From an uncultured bacterium (GTDB lineage: Bacteria; CAYUVA01), in assembly GCA_964448115.1 (NCBI GenBank), contig CAYUVA010000003.1, forward strand, positions 62,001 through 126,000: a stretch of 64,000 nucleotides of DNA, in the 5' to 3' direction. This document shows, in pieces, positions 1-8,843 of the stretch. The position numbers were made by a program, and so were the translations under genes. The notes below the pieces were generated by a model. That model made no database searches and had not been told where the DNA came from. It worked only from the letters and a program-made list of their open reading frames with translations. Numbering within the stretch: the first letter of the stretch is position 1; every line of letters starts with the position of its first letter.

Positions 1-457
1 TTATTTGGGCTATTACACATAGTTCCTTGAGTATTAATGGGCAAAAGGGACGGGAGAAGACCTTGCCATAAGCATCAGTCAGTATCCACTCGATGAACTG
101 GGGATGAGTAGAGGCGATCTTCTCAATCACTAAATTTGCATTATCTTGATAAATAAACTCGAACAGTTTCCTGCCACGCTCGGCGTATCCTTCCATGACA
201 TCATTTTCATGCTCGATGAAACAAAACTCTCCTCGATAATTCGGATCAAGCTCAATCAATGTCTCTTTCATCGTATGCAGCGCATTTATTGCCCTCGGAA
301 AGCCTGAGAATAGAAAGCTCTGCAGGATAACCTCGTTTATCATTGTCGCCTCGATGCCTTGCTTGAGCGCTTTTTTTATTGCCTCGCTGAGCTTATCCTG
401 CAATCCGAGCGAGGAGGCTATGGAGATCTCCACGAGCATTCTATCTTTACCATCCAT
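1..457 (-). CDS. Carboxymuconolactone decarboxylase (CMD/AhpD-like) family protein, 3' end runs off the window
   Basis: Absent from the ORF track. Manual translation from ATG at 457 gives MDGKDRMLVEISIASSLG...EVILQSFLFSGFPRAINAL...ERGRKLFEFIY...WILTDAYGKVFSRP...KELCVIAQ, open to position 1. The GFPRA and YGxVxSRP motifs are typical of CMD-family proteins. Confidence 0.7.
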   Translation of the reverse strand, partial: MDGKDRMLVEISIASSLGLQDKLSEAIKKALKQGIEATMINEVILQSFLFSGFPRAINALHTMKETLIELDPNYRGEFCFIEHENDVMEGYAERGRKLFEFIYQDNANLVIEKIASTHPQFIEWILTDAYGKVFSRPFCPLILKELCVIAQI

Positions 458-577
458 AGTAATACTCAATACTAGCCAGGCTTGATGTTTGTCAACCGGG
501 TAATGCTGATTTGGGCTTAATTTGATAATTCCATAGAAAAAGCGATATACTACTTGTTTGTAGAAGGAGTATTGGTC

Positions 578-1255
578 ATGAGAATAAATATGGCTTCGAT
601 AACTGTGATTGCGCTGATTGCGGTATTCGGCACGAGCCACGCCGGCTGGCGACTGGCATACCAACTCCCTTCTGATGATTTATCCTGGGGCATAAGCGCC
701 CCGGATGCAACCCATGTCTATGTTGCCGGTATGAGCGACTCGCCGCCCTGCAATATGGGCTGCGTGATGGGCACCAGAGACGGCGAGAGCTGGAACTTCG
801 ATGAGAGCTACTCTGCCAATCACATGATAATGCAGTGCGACTTCGTAAATGAGAATCTCGGTTATGCCTGCGGCACCGAGACCATCATACTTAAATACGA
901 GGGTGAGGGACAGGAAGACACCCCGACCGCCACGGCAACAGATTCCACTCCCCCGCGCATCCTGGTGGCTGGCTACATGCATACCCGCCTCACCTCCAGG
1001 AACGGCGGCACATTCACCATGATGGCGGTATGCCGCGACCCGCTGATGGCGGTGTATGGCTATGTGGGACTGTATTTCAATCATACTTATACAGGTGTGG
1101 ATCTTGCTCTGGTCGATCCAACTAGCCTGGTTTACTCCTTCCCGGAGACGAACCTGGGGGCTGGCTTGGGAAGTGACAGGCTTATATTAGGCTTGAAAGC
1201 GCATCGGAGCTTATACACCAGCGCTGAGTGGCCCTGGCTTGAGGTGCCAGAATAG
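578..1255 (+). CDS. Secreted protein: short YCF48/BNR-like propeller fragment, PT linker and the shared C-terminal GYMxT domain
   Basis: ATG at 578 follows AAGGAG (ORF track starts at 554). Signal peptide ends ...GTSHA. TRDGESW and DFVNENLGYACG are propeller-like segments. The C-terminus aligns by eye with those of the 36296 and 53016 proteins. Confidence 0.6.
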   Translation: MRINMASITVIALIAVFGTSHAGWRLAYQLPSDDLSWGISAPDATHVYVAGMSDSPPCNMGCVMGTRDGESWNFDESYSANHMIMQCDFVNENLGYACGTETIILKYEGEGQEDTPTATATDSTPPRILVAGYMHTRLTSRNGGTFTMMAVCRDPLMAVYGYVGLYFNHTYTGVDLALVDPTSLVYSFPETNLGAGLGSDRLILGLKAHRSLYTSAEWPWLEVPE

Positions 1256-1288
1256 GCTTGAGGCTCGAGTATATATGCTTAGTTTAAT

Positions 1289-2260
1289 ATGGGTGATACA
1301 GATAAAATAAGGGCTTCCATCATCATAATCACCTCCGGGATGCACTCCTACCTTGAGGAATGCGTTGAAAAGTGCCTAGAGATCCCTGCCCATGATTACG
1401 AGATCATAATTGTCCCCGACCAGCCTTTGCAGTTTGATGATCCCAAGATCAGGGTGATCCCGTCAGGTGATGCCGGTCCCTCCAAGAAAAAGAACATCGG
1501 CGCTATTCACGCCAAGGGGGAGGTTCTCGCCTTCATCGACTCCGATGCTTATCCTGCTGAAAAATGGCTACAGAACGGGTTGAAATACTTTGATGATCCC
1601 CAGGTCGCCGTGGTTGGTGGACCCAACCTGACGCCTAAGGATGACTCGCTTCTCCAGCAGGCAAATGGCATAATCCTGGGTTCATCGCTCGGCTCTGGAC
1701 CCTTTGCAGCTCGCTATGATCAAAGGAGCCTGCGCGAGGGGCACGAGCTTCCCTCGTGCAATCTGTTCATCAGGAAATCTGCCTGGGAGAAGATAGGAGG
1801 CTTCCAACTCGATCTCTGGCCTGGCGAGGATGCCAAGTTCTGCTTCCAGGTCATGGATGAGCTTGGAATGCGGGTCATCTACGCGCCGGAGGTGGTCGTC
1901 TATCATCATCGAAGAAAGCTGTATCTGCCATACTTGAAGCAGATCTGGGGATACGGTTACACCAAGGGTAAGATCATAACTGGCTTCTCCAAGCTGCATC
2001 GCATAGCCTATTTTATTCCGAGCCTATTTATTCTCTGGCTACTCAGCTTTATAGTTGTCATTCCTTATTTCCCGACTTTGCGCATCGTTTACCTTACTGT
2101 CCTTGCGGAGTATATTGCGATCTGCATCTATACCGGGGTTCAAACCCGGCAATTATTGCTAGGGCTTATCGTCTCCACTGGCATCTTCATCACCCATGTA
2201 ACCTATGGTATTGCCTTTATTGCCGGGCTTGCCAGCAACCTTTTCAGCAAGAAAAGCTAG
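1289..2260 (+). CDS. Glycosyltransferase family 2 with C-terminal TM helices
   Basis: AFIDSDAYP (DxD), GGF...GED motifs, hydrophobic C-terminus. Confidence 0.85.
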   Translation: MGDTDKIRASIIIITSGMHSYLEECVEKCLEIPAHDYEIIIVPDQPLQFDDPKIRVIPSGDAGPSKKKNIGAIHAKGEVLAFIDSDAYPAEKWLQNGLKYFDDPQVAVVGGPNLTPKDDSLLQQANGIILGSSLGSGPFAARYDQRSLREGHELPSCNLFIRKSAWEKIGGFQLDLWPGEDAKFCFQVMDELGMRVIYAPEVVVYHHRRKLYLPYLKQIWGYGYTKGKIITGFSKLHRIAYFIPSLFILWLLSFIVVIPYFPTLRIVYLTVLAEYIAICIYTGVQTRQLLLGLIVSTGIFITHVTYGIAFIAGLASNLFSKKS

Positions 2261-2265
2261 ACCTT

Positions 2266-3735
2266 ATGGCAATCAACAAGATAGTAGTCGGCTTTCCACC
2301 CCCCAAGCAGGCAAAGGGTATCCCGCTGCTGAGCCAGAATCGCCAGTTCCAGTGGTTTAGCAACCGAACAATCCTCTATCCGCCGGTCATGGCTTCGGCA
2401 GCGACATACCTGAAAAGCAAGGGTTATGAAACCATCTACAAGGATGCAATAGCCGAGGGATTGAGCTACCATGAGTGGCTCGCATTCTTGCGCCAAGAGC
2501 AGCCGGATATCCTTTTATTCGAGACCAAGACGCCCTTGGTCAAGCAGCACTGGGCATCTATCGCTGACTTCAAGAAGGCTGCTCCTGGGGTCAAGGTCAT
2601 CATGGTCGGCGATCATGTAACCGCCCTGCCACAAGAGTCTATGTTAAACTGCCCCCAGCTCGATTTTATCATAAGCGGAGGCGACTATGACCTGGTGCTG
2701 GGAGACCTGGTCGATCACCTAAAGGGAGAATGCGAGATGCCGAGCGGGATGTGGTTCAGAGACGGGGACAGCATCCAAAACAGCGGAACATATATGCCGA
2801 CTCGTTCACTCGATGAGCTACCCTTTATCGACCGCGAGATGACCAACTGGCAACTATATGAGGAGTTCAACATCAAGCGCAAGCCGTTCACCTACACCAT
2901 GGCGGGACGGGACTGCCCCTGGGGCAAGTGCGCCTTTTGCAGTTGGACGACCATCTATCCCCGCTTCCGTGTGCGCTCGGTGGAGAATTATCTCGATGAG
3001 GTTGGGATTCTTATCGAAAAGCACGGTATCAAGGAGATCTTCGATGATACCGGCACCTTCCCTGGCGGGGCGTGGTTAAGAAGTTTCTGCGAGGGGATGA
3101 TAAAGCGGGGATACAATAAGAAGGTGATCATTTCCTGCAATTTTCGCTTCGATTATATCAAGGATGACATCGCCTTGCTGATGAAAGAGGCTGGCTTCAG
3201 GCTGCTCAAGTTCGGGCTGGAATCAGCCAACCAGGAGACCCTGGACAGGCTAAACAAGGGCACCACCGTCGATGATATAGAGCGGGGTTGTCGCCTGGCA
3301 AAAAAAGCCGGCTTGGAGGTGCATATCACAATCATGGTCGGCTTTCCGTGGGAGACTAGGGCTATGGCGCAAAATACGCTTACATTGGCTAAGAAACTGA
3401 TGTCAAAAGGTCATGCGGATTTGCTGCAATCGACACTGGTGGTGCCGTATCCGGGCACTTTGCTTCATAAGCAGTGCATCGAGAATGACTGGTTCGTCAT
3501 CGACCCCTATGATTATGAGCGCTATGATATGAGCCAGGCTATCCTCAAGACACCTGACATGAGCCCGGATGAAGTGATGCAGGTATGCCATAGCATCTAC
3601 AAGACCTTCTGGACGCCAGGCTTTATCTTGAATCATCTGCGCCGCATCCGCTCCGTAAAGGATGTCTGGTATCTTATGCGCGGGGCAAAGGCTGCCTTGG
3701 GGCACTTGCTCGATTTTTCAGGAAAGAGAAGATAA
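2266..3735 (+). CDS. Cobalamin-binding (class B-type) radical SAM protein
   Basis: N-terminal B12-binding-like domain (VGDHVTALP), GRDCPWGKCAFC cluster motif, FGLESANQETL, PYPGT. Confidence 0.85.
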   Translation: MAINKIVVGFPPPKQAKGIPLLSQNRQFQWFSNRTILYPPVMASAATYLKSKGYETIYKDAIAEGLSYHEWLAFLRQEQPDILLFETKTPLVKQHWASIADFKKAAPGVKVIMVGDHVTALPQESMLNCPQLDFIISGGDYDLVLGDLVDHLKGECEMPSGMWFRDGDSIQNSGTYMPTRSLDELPFIDREMTNWQLYEEFNIKRKPFTYTMAGRDCPWGKCAFCSWTTIYPRFRVRSVENYLDEVGILIEKHGIKEIFDDTGTFPGGAWLRSFCEGMIKRGYNKKVIISCNFRFDYIKDDIALLMKEAGFRLLKFGLESANQETLDRLNKGTTVDDIERGCRLAKKAGLEVHITIMVGFPWETRAMAQNTLTLAKKLMSKGHADLLQSTLVVPYPGTLLHKQCIENDWFVIDPYDYERYDMSQAILKTPDMSPDEVMQVCHSIYKTFWTPGFILNHLRRIRSVKDVWYLMRGAKAALGHLLDFSGKRR

Positions 3736-3738
3736 CAT

Positions 3739-3869
3739 TAAGGCTTGAGTGGCGTTGGCTACGGGTCAATCATCCACAAAGACACAAGGGCATGAAGGAA
3801 GATATTTCTTCTTTGCATTCTTTGCGTCTTTGGGTGAGACTCTTTTCCTTTCTCAAGCCTCAAGCCTTA
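3739..3869. repeat. Nested inverted-repeat intergenic element, possibly a bidirectional terminator
   Basis: Perfect outer arms TAAGGCTTGAG (3739-3749) and CTCAAGCCTTA (3859-3869). Imperfect inner arms CACAAAGACACAAGGGCATGAAG and CTTTGCATTCTTTGCGTCTTTGGGTG. Lies between convergent transcription units. Confidence 0.6.
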
Positions 3870-3900
3870 TTAAGACCTCTTTCTAGGTCGGTGAGGATAA

Positions 3901-3975
3901 CGTCCCCAAGGGGATTTGAACCCCTGCTGCCGCCGTGAAAGGGCGGTGTCCTAAGCCTGACTAGACGATGGGGAC
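3901..3975 (-). tRNA. tRNA-Glu (anticodon TTC), CCA not encoded
   Basis: Reverse complement reads GTCCCCATCGTCTAGTCAGGCTTAGGACACCGCCCTTTCACGGCGGCAGCAGGGGTTCAAATCCCCTTGGGGACG and folds as a full cloverleaf. Confidence 0.95.
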
Positions 3976-3991
3976 ACATACATAGTCATCA

Positions 3992-4064
3992 CGAGCCTGG
4001 ACGGATTCGAACCGCCGACCAATGGCTTAAAAGGCCACTGCTCTACCGACTGAGCTACAGGCTC
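3992..4064 (-). tRNA. tRNA-Lys (anticodon TTT), CCA not encoded
   Basis: Reverse complement reads GAGCCTGTAGCTCAGTCGGTAGAGCAGTGGCCTTTTAAGCCATTGGTCGGCGGTTCGAATCCGTCCAGGCTCG. Confidence 0.95.
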
Positions 4065-4067
4065 AGT

Positions 4068-4077
4068 NNNNNNNNNN
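4068..4077. other. Assembly gap (10 N)
   Basis: Run of N directly upstream of tRNA-Lys. Confidence 1.
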
Positions 4078-4280
4078 GTATAACTTAGGATAACCTTTTT
4101 AGCAATCCATATAGCTGTTGTCAAGGTTGCTCATGGATGATGATGTCGTTTGTAACCTGTAACCTATGCATAAAGGAACTCTTTACATTCTTCTCAACCA
4201 TACTCGATATGGATTTATTCCCGCTCATAATGTTTAATATATCGCCATGAAACAATTTTATAAAACTATTTTCGATCCCC

Positions 4281-4307
4281 TTGACATTATGAAAACTGTG
4301 TTATAAT
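4281..4307 (+). promoter_or_regulatory. Sigma70-type promoter of the gcv operon
   Basis: TTGACA (4281-4286), 15 nt spacer, extended -10 TGtTATAAT (4299-4307), about 65 nt before gcvT. Confidence 0.6.
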
Positions 4308-4372
4308 TTGCCTTCCCGTTGATATAAAAGTTCGTTTCAATGCTGTAAGAGAAGCCGGATAAGATTATCGAG

Positions 4373-5500
4373 ATGAAGCAGAAGAACCTTAAGCACACCG
4401 CACTTTATGAGCTGCATCGTGCCTTGGGGGCTAAGATGATACCTTTTGCTGGGTTCGTGATGCCCCTGCGCTACAGCGGAGACAAGGATGAACACCAGTG
4501 TGTCAGGCACGCAGCCGGGCTGTTCGATGTAAGCCACATGGGTGAGATCCTCCTTAGAGGCTCAAACGCGCTTAAGACCCTTAACTACCTGATCACCAAC
4601 GATGCAGCCAGGCTGAATGTCGGCGATGCGCAATACTCGAGCCTGTGCTATCCAAGTGGCGGCTATGTGGATGATATCATAGTCTATCGCACAGATAGGG
4701 ATGAGTACATGGTTTGTGTTAATGCAGCCAACAAGGACAAGGACTATGAATGGTTCATCGATAACAACAAGTACAATGCTGAGATCACCGATGAGAGCGA
4801 TGAATACTCCCAGCTCGCCGTGCAGGGGCAAAGGGCTATCGAGATAGTCGAGCAGCTAACCGATGCTGATATAAATGCGATAGGGAGATTCAAGTTCATA
4901 ACCGCTGAAGTGGCGGGAGCAAAAGCTATCATTGCCAGAACCGGATATACAGGCGAGGATGGCGTGGAGCTTTTCATTAAAGATCAAGCCCCTCTAAAGG
5001 TCGCCGAGGCTCTGCTTGATAAGGGAAAAGCCGTCGGATTAAAACCTATCGGCTTGGGCGCCAGGGATTCGTTGCGCCTGGAGGCTGCACTACCCCTTTA
5101 TGGCAACGATATCGATGATAAAAGAACGCCTATCGAAGCTGGTATGGGCTGGACCGTGAAGGTAAAAAAGGAAGAATTCATCGGCAAAGAGGTCCTCGCC
5201 AGGCAAAAATCTGAGGGAACAAAGCAGAGATTGATCGGCTTCGTTATGCTAAAAAAGGGAATCCCCAGGCAACATTATGTTATCCATAAAGATGACCAAG
5301 CGGTGGGAGAAGTAACCAGCGGCGTCTTCGCTCCTTATGTGAATGCAGGCATCGGCTTGGGATATGTGCCAAGCGAGCTTGCAAAAACAGGAACACAAAT
5401 CGATGTGGAGATTCGAGGAACTCTCCACCCGGCTGTTATTGTCGAGACCCCCTTTCACAAGAATAGGAAGATTATAGAAAAATATCTCGAAACCTATTAA
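4373..5500 (+). CDS. gcvT: Glycine cleavage system aminomethyltransferase T
   Basis: GLFDVSHMGEI, ARTGYTGEDG, GLGARDSLRLEA motifs; operon context. Confidence 0.97.
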   Translation: MKQKNLKHTALYELHRALGAKMIPFAGFVMPLRYSGDKDEHQCVRHAAGLFDVSHMGEILLRGSNALKTLNYLITNDAARLNVGDAQYSSLCYPSGGYVDDIIVYRTDRDEYMVCVNAANKDKDYEWFIDNNKYNAEITDESDEYSQLAVQGQRAIEIVEQLTDADINAIGRFKFITAEVAGAKAIIARTGYTGEDGVELFIKDQAPLKVAEALLDKGKAVGLKPIGLGARDSLRLEAALPLYGNDIDDKRTPIEAGMGWTVKVKKEEFIGKEVLARQKSEGTKQRLIGFVMLKKGIPRQHYVIHKDDQAVGEVTSGVFAPYVNAGIGLGYVPSELAKTGTQIDVEIRGTLHPAVIVETPFHKNRKIIEKYLETY

Positions 5501-5537
5501 ATAGAGATGAGAAAATTCTTTGCTAGGAGGGAAATGG

Positions 5538-5975
5538 ATGTTTCCAGATAACCTTAAATACACCGAGGATCACGAGTGGGCACTTGTTGAGGGTGACGAG
5601 GTCAAGGTAGGGATCACCGATTATGCTCAAGAGGAACTTGGCGATATCGTATATGTTGAGCTTCCTGAGGTGGGAGATTATGTCAAGGCTCACGATGCAT
5701 TCGGTGTCATCGAATCGGTAAAGACCTCAAGCGACCTGTACGCACCCATTTCTGGCGAGATCATCGCCATCAACGAGGTCTTAGAGGCAGAACCAGAGAT
5801 CGTGAACGAAGACCCTTATAACGAGGGCTGGATGGTGGTCATCAAAGCCTCCGACATCTCCGAGCTGGACGAGCTGATGGACTCCGAGGAGTATCAAGAG
5901 TATATCGATGAATTGTCCGAGGAGGATGAAGAGGAAGAAGAGGATTCCTTTGATGATGACGAGGAGTACGAATAG
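5538..5975 (+). CDS. gcvH: Glycine cleavage system H protein with acidic C-terminal tail
   Basis: [26 protein letters not shown], lipoyl-Lys motif [15 protein letters not shown] at 5538 follows AGGAGG. Confidence 0.97.
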   Translation: MFPDNLKYTEDHEWALVEGDEVKVGITDYAQEELGDIVYVELPEVGDYVKAHDAFGVIESVKTSSDLYAPISGEIIAINEVLEAEPEIVNEDPYNEGWMVVIKASDISELDELMDSEEYQEYIDELSEEDEEEEEDSFDDDEEYE

Positions 5976-7337
5976 TTGAACAGCTTCCTCCCCCATACCG
6001 ATGAAGAGATCCGCCGTATGCTCAAAGTGATCGGCGTTGAGCATATCGAGGAGCTTTTTGCAGATATCCCCAAAGAACTTCGCCTAAAAGCCGTATTAAA
6101 TTTACCCCTAGGGATCTCCGAGAGCGAGGCTATCCAATTCTTTAAACAACTAGCTGCTAATGCTGAAACCACATATTTCGTTGGTGCTGGAAGCTACTGG
6201 CATACGGTGCCATCAATAATCGATAGCATCATCAGTCAAGGGGATTTCTTCACCGCCTATACGCCCTACCAGCCGGAGGTCTCCCAGGGAACCCTGCAAG
6301 CCATCTTCGAGTATCAATCGCTGATCTGTATTTTAACCGGCTTGGAGGTCTCCAATGCCTCGATGTACGATGGCGCATCTGCCACAGCCGAAGCGGTGCT
6401 CATGGCAAACAGAGCCTCGAGGAAGGGGAAAAGCAGGTTTATCATATCCCGGGGACTGCATCCCAGGTATCTATCTACCATCAAGACCTACTGCAAGCAC
6501 CAGGCGTTCGAGCTGGTCGAGATTCCCTTTAACGATGAGGGAACTACCGACCTTATAGCATTAGAATCTGCGCTAGATGGTAATACCTGCGCGGTCGTGC
6601 TCCAGAGTCCCAACTTCTGCGGCTGCATCGAAGACAGCGTAAAGGTCGGCGAGATCTGCGCGACCAGGGATGTCGCTTTCATCTATGTTACCACTGAAGC
6701 GCTCTCCTTGGCAGCCCTCAAACCACCAGGTCAAGTCGGAGCCAACATCTGCGCTGGCGAGGGACAATCCTTTGGGCTTGGATTGAACTTCGGGGGACCT
6801 TACCTTGGCATACTGGCAGCATCCAAGGAATACCTGCGTAAGATGCCTGGTCGGATAGTCGGAAAAACTAAGGATATGGATGGCAAGACTGGCTATGTAC
6901 TAACCTTGGCTACCAGGGAACAACATATCAGGCGGGAGAAGGCGACCTCCAACATCTGTACCAACCAGGCGCTCTGTGCGCTGGCTGCCACCATTTTCCT
7001 AGCCTCAATGGGGCAGGCAGGCTTACGAGAGCTGGCATATCAGAACATGCAGAAGGCTGCCTACTTGCGCAGCGAGCTTGCTGGCATAAAGAACCTTCGA
7101 TTTCCCCACAGTGCCCCCTTCTTCAACGAATTCATCGTGGAGCTACCAATGGATGCCACCGAGTTCATAAAACGGATCCATGCCATCGAGCACCCCATGA
7201 AGATACTGCCTGGAATGGCACCATCTACCTTGGATAGTCGCTATCCGAAGAACTGGCTGCTTACCTGTGCAACCGAGATGAATAGTCGAGAGGGGATAGA
7301 GTTGCTTGTAAAATACATTAAATCCGTAATCGGCTGA
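5976..7337 (+). CDS. gcvPA: Glycine dehydrogenase (decarboxylating) subunit 1
   Basis: YTPYQPEVSQG, NASMYDG, REQHIRREKATSNICTNQ. Confidence 0.96.
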   Translation: MNSFLPHTDEEIRRMLKVIGVEHIEELFADIPKELRLKAVLNLPLGISESEAIQFFKQLAANAETTYFVGAGSYWHTVPSIIDSIISQGDFFTAYTPYQPEVSQGTLQAIFEYQSLICILTGLEVSNASMYDGASATAEAVLMANRASRKGKSRFIISRGLHPRYLSTIKTYCKHQAFELVEIPFNDEGTTDLIALESALDGNTCAVVLQSPNFCGCIEDSVKVGEICATRDVAFIYVTTEALSLAALKPPGQVGANICAGEGQSFGLGLNFGGPYLGILAASKEYLRKMPGRIVGKTKDMDGKTGYVLTLATREQHIRREKATSNICTNQALCALAATIFLASMGQAGLRELAYQNMQKAAYLRSELAGIKNLRFPHSAPFFNEFIVELPMDATEFIKRIHAIEHPMKILPGMAPSTLDSRYPKNWLLTCATEMNSREGIELLVKYIKSVIG

Positions 7338-7343
7338 TTTCAG

Positions 7344-8804
7344 ATGAAAAACGATAAGGGAATAACCATCTTCGAGAAGTCCTCGGCGGGTCGAAGAGGA
7401 TTCGTGCTGCCTAAGTTGGATGTTCCAGAGATCCCCCTGGAGGATATCATTCCAGAGCATCTTAGACGCGACAGCCTGGCTGGGATGCCCGAACTATCGG
7501 AGCCGGATATCATCAGGCACTATACCAGCCTCTCAAGGCTAAATTTCTCGGTTGACTCCAATTACTACCCGTTAGGCTCCTGCACCATGAAGTACAATCC
7601 AAGGGTTAACGAGCTGGTTAGTCGCTTCAGTGGCTTCACTGACCTGCACCCTTTCACGCCTGAGGATGATTGTCAGAGCGCGCTGAAGGTCATGTATCAA
7701 CTTCAGGTAGCCCTGGCTGAGTTGACCGGGTTGCCTGCCGTAACCCTGCAACCGGCAGCCGGCGCCCACGGCGAGTTAACTGGGATGCTGATGATAAAGG
7801 CATTCTTCGATGAAAGGGGCGAGGCGCATAGAACCAAGGTGCTAGTCCCCGATTCCGCCCACGGCACCAACCCTGCCAGCGTAGCGATTGCCGGGCTGGA
7901 TGTGGTACAGATACCCTCCAATGCCAAAGGGCTGATTGATACCAAGGCGCTTGAGGCAGTCATGGACGATAAGGTGGCGGCTATCATGCTGACCAATCCC
8001 AATACCCTGGGATTGTTCGAGGAACAGATAATCAACATCAGCGAGATCTTGCATAGCGGCGGGGGCCTGGTCTATAATGATGGTGCCAATTTCAATGCGT
8101 TGATGGGGTACGCAAAGGCAAGCGATATGGGCATTGATGTTATGCACCTGAACCTGCACAAGACCTTCTCCACACCACATGGCGGAGGAGGACCGGGGTC
8201 AGGACCGGTGGCGGTGGCTGAGAACCTGGAACCATTCTTGCCGGTTCCGAGGATAATAAAAGAGGGAGAGAGATATCGGCTCGATTACGATCATCCCCTG
8301 TCCATAGGCAATTTGTTAGCCTTCTATGGAAACTTCAATGTGATGATCAAGGCGCTTTGCTACATAATGATGATGGGCAAGGACGGCTTGAAAAAGGCTA
8401 CACAGCTGGCTGTGCTGAATGCAAACTACCTCAAGGAAAGGCTCAAAGGCACCTATCATCTACCTTATGATCATCTTTGTAAGCACGAGTTCGTCTTGTC
8501 AGATAAGCATCAGAGGACCAAGAAAATAAGCAACATTGACATAGCCAAGCGCCTAATCGACTACGGGTTCCATCCCCCTACGATGTCCTTTCCGCTTATT
8601 GTTCATGGCGCTTTGATGATCGAGCCGACCGAGACCGAAAATATCGAGACCCTGGATGCCTTCATAGAAGCGCTTATCAAGATAAGCGATGAGTGCAAGG
8701 ATAACGAGGAGCTTTTAATAGACGCACCGCATAACGCACCGCTTAGGCGCCTGGACGAGGTTACCGCTGCCCGCAAGCCAAAGGTGCGCTTTGGCAACGA
8801 TTGA
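7344..8804 (+). CDS. gcvPB: Glycine dehydrogenase (decarboxylating) subunit 2
   Basis: YPLGSCTMKYNP, SAHGTNPAS, HLNLHKTFSTPHGGGGPG (PLP lysine). Confidence 0.97.
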   Translation: MKNDKGITIFEKSSAGRRGFVLPKLDVPEIPLEDIIPEHLRRDSLAGMPELSEPDIIRHYTSLSRLNFSVDSNYYPLGSCTMKYNPRVNELVSRFSGFTDLHPFTPEDDCQSALKVMYQLQVALAELTGLPAVTLQPAAGAHGELTGMLMIKAFFDERGEAHRTKVLVPDSAHGTNPASVAIAGLDVVQIPSNAKGLIDTKALEAVMDDKVAAIMLTNPNTLGLFEEQIINISEILHSGGGLVYNDGANFNALMGYAKASDMGIDVMHLNLHKTFSTPHGGGGPGSGPVAVAENLEPFLPVPRIIKEGERYRLDYDHPLSIGNLLAFYGNFNVMIKALCYIMMMGKDGLKKATQLAVLNANYLKERLKGTYHLPYDHLCKHEFVLSDKHQRTKKISNIDIAKRLIDYGFHPPTMSFPLIVHGALMIEPTETENIETLDAFIEALIKISDECKDNEELLIDAPHNAPLRRLDEVTAARKPKVRFGND

Positions 8805-8843
8805 TATTATCAAACAGAAGCATCCAAATCTAAAAAAAGCTGC

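Noticed and set aside
3870-3901. Integrated element at the tRNA-Glu 3' end
   Set aside because: I found no duplicated tRNA 3' fragment (att site) and no integrase within the window.
4078-4372. Glycine riboswitch upstream of gcvT
   Set aside because: No GGAGA...CCGAAG...CTCTCAGG-like aptamer core is visible, and the predicted promoter leaves only a ~60 nt leader.
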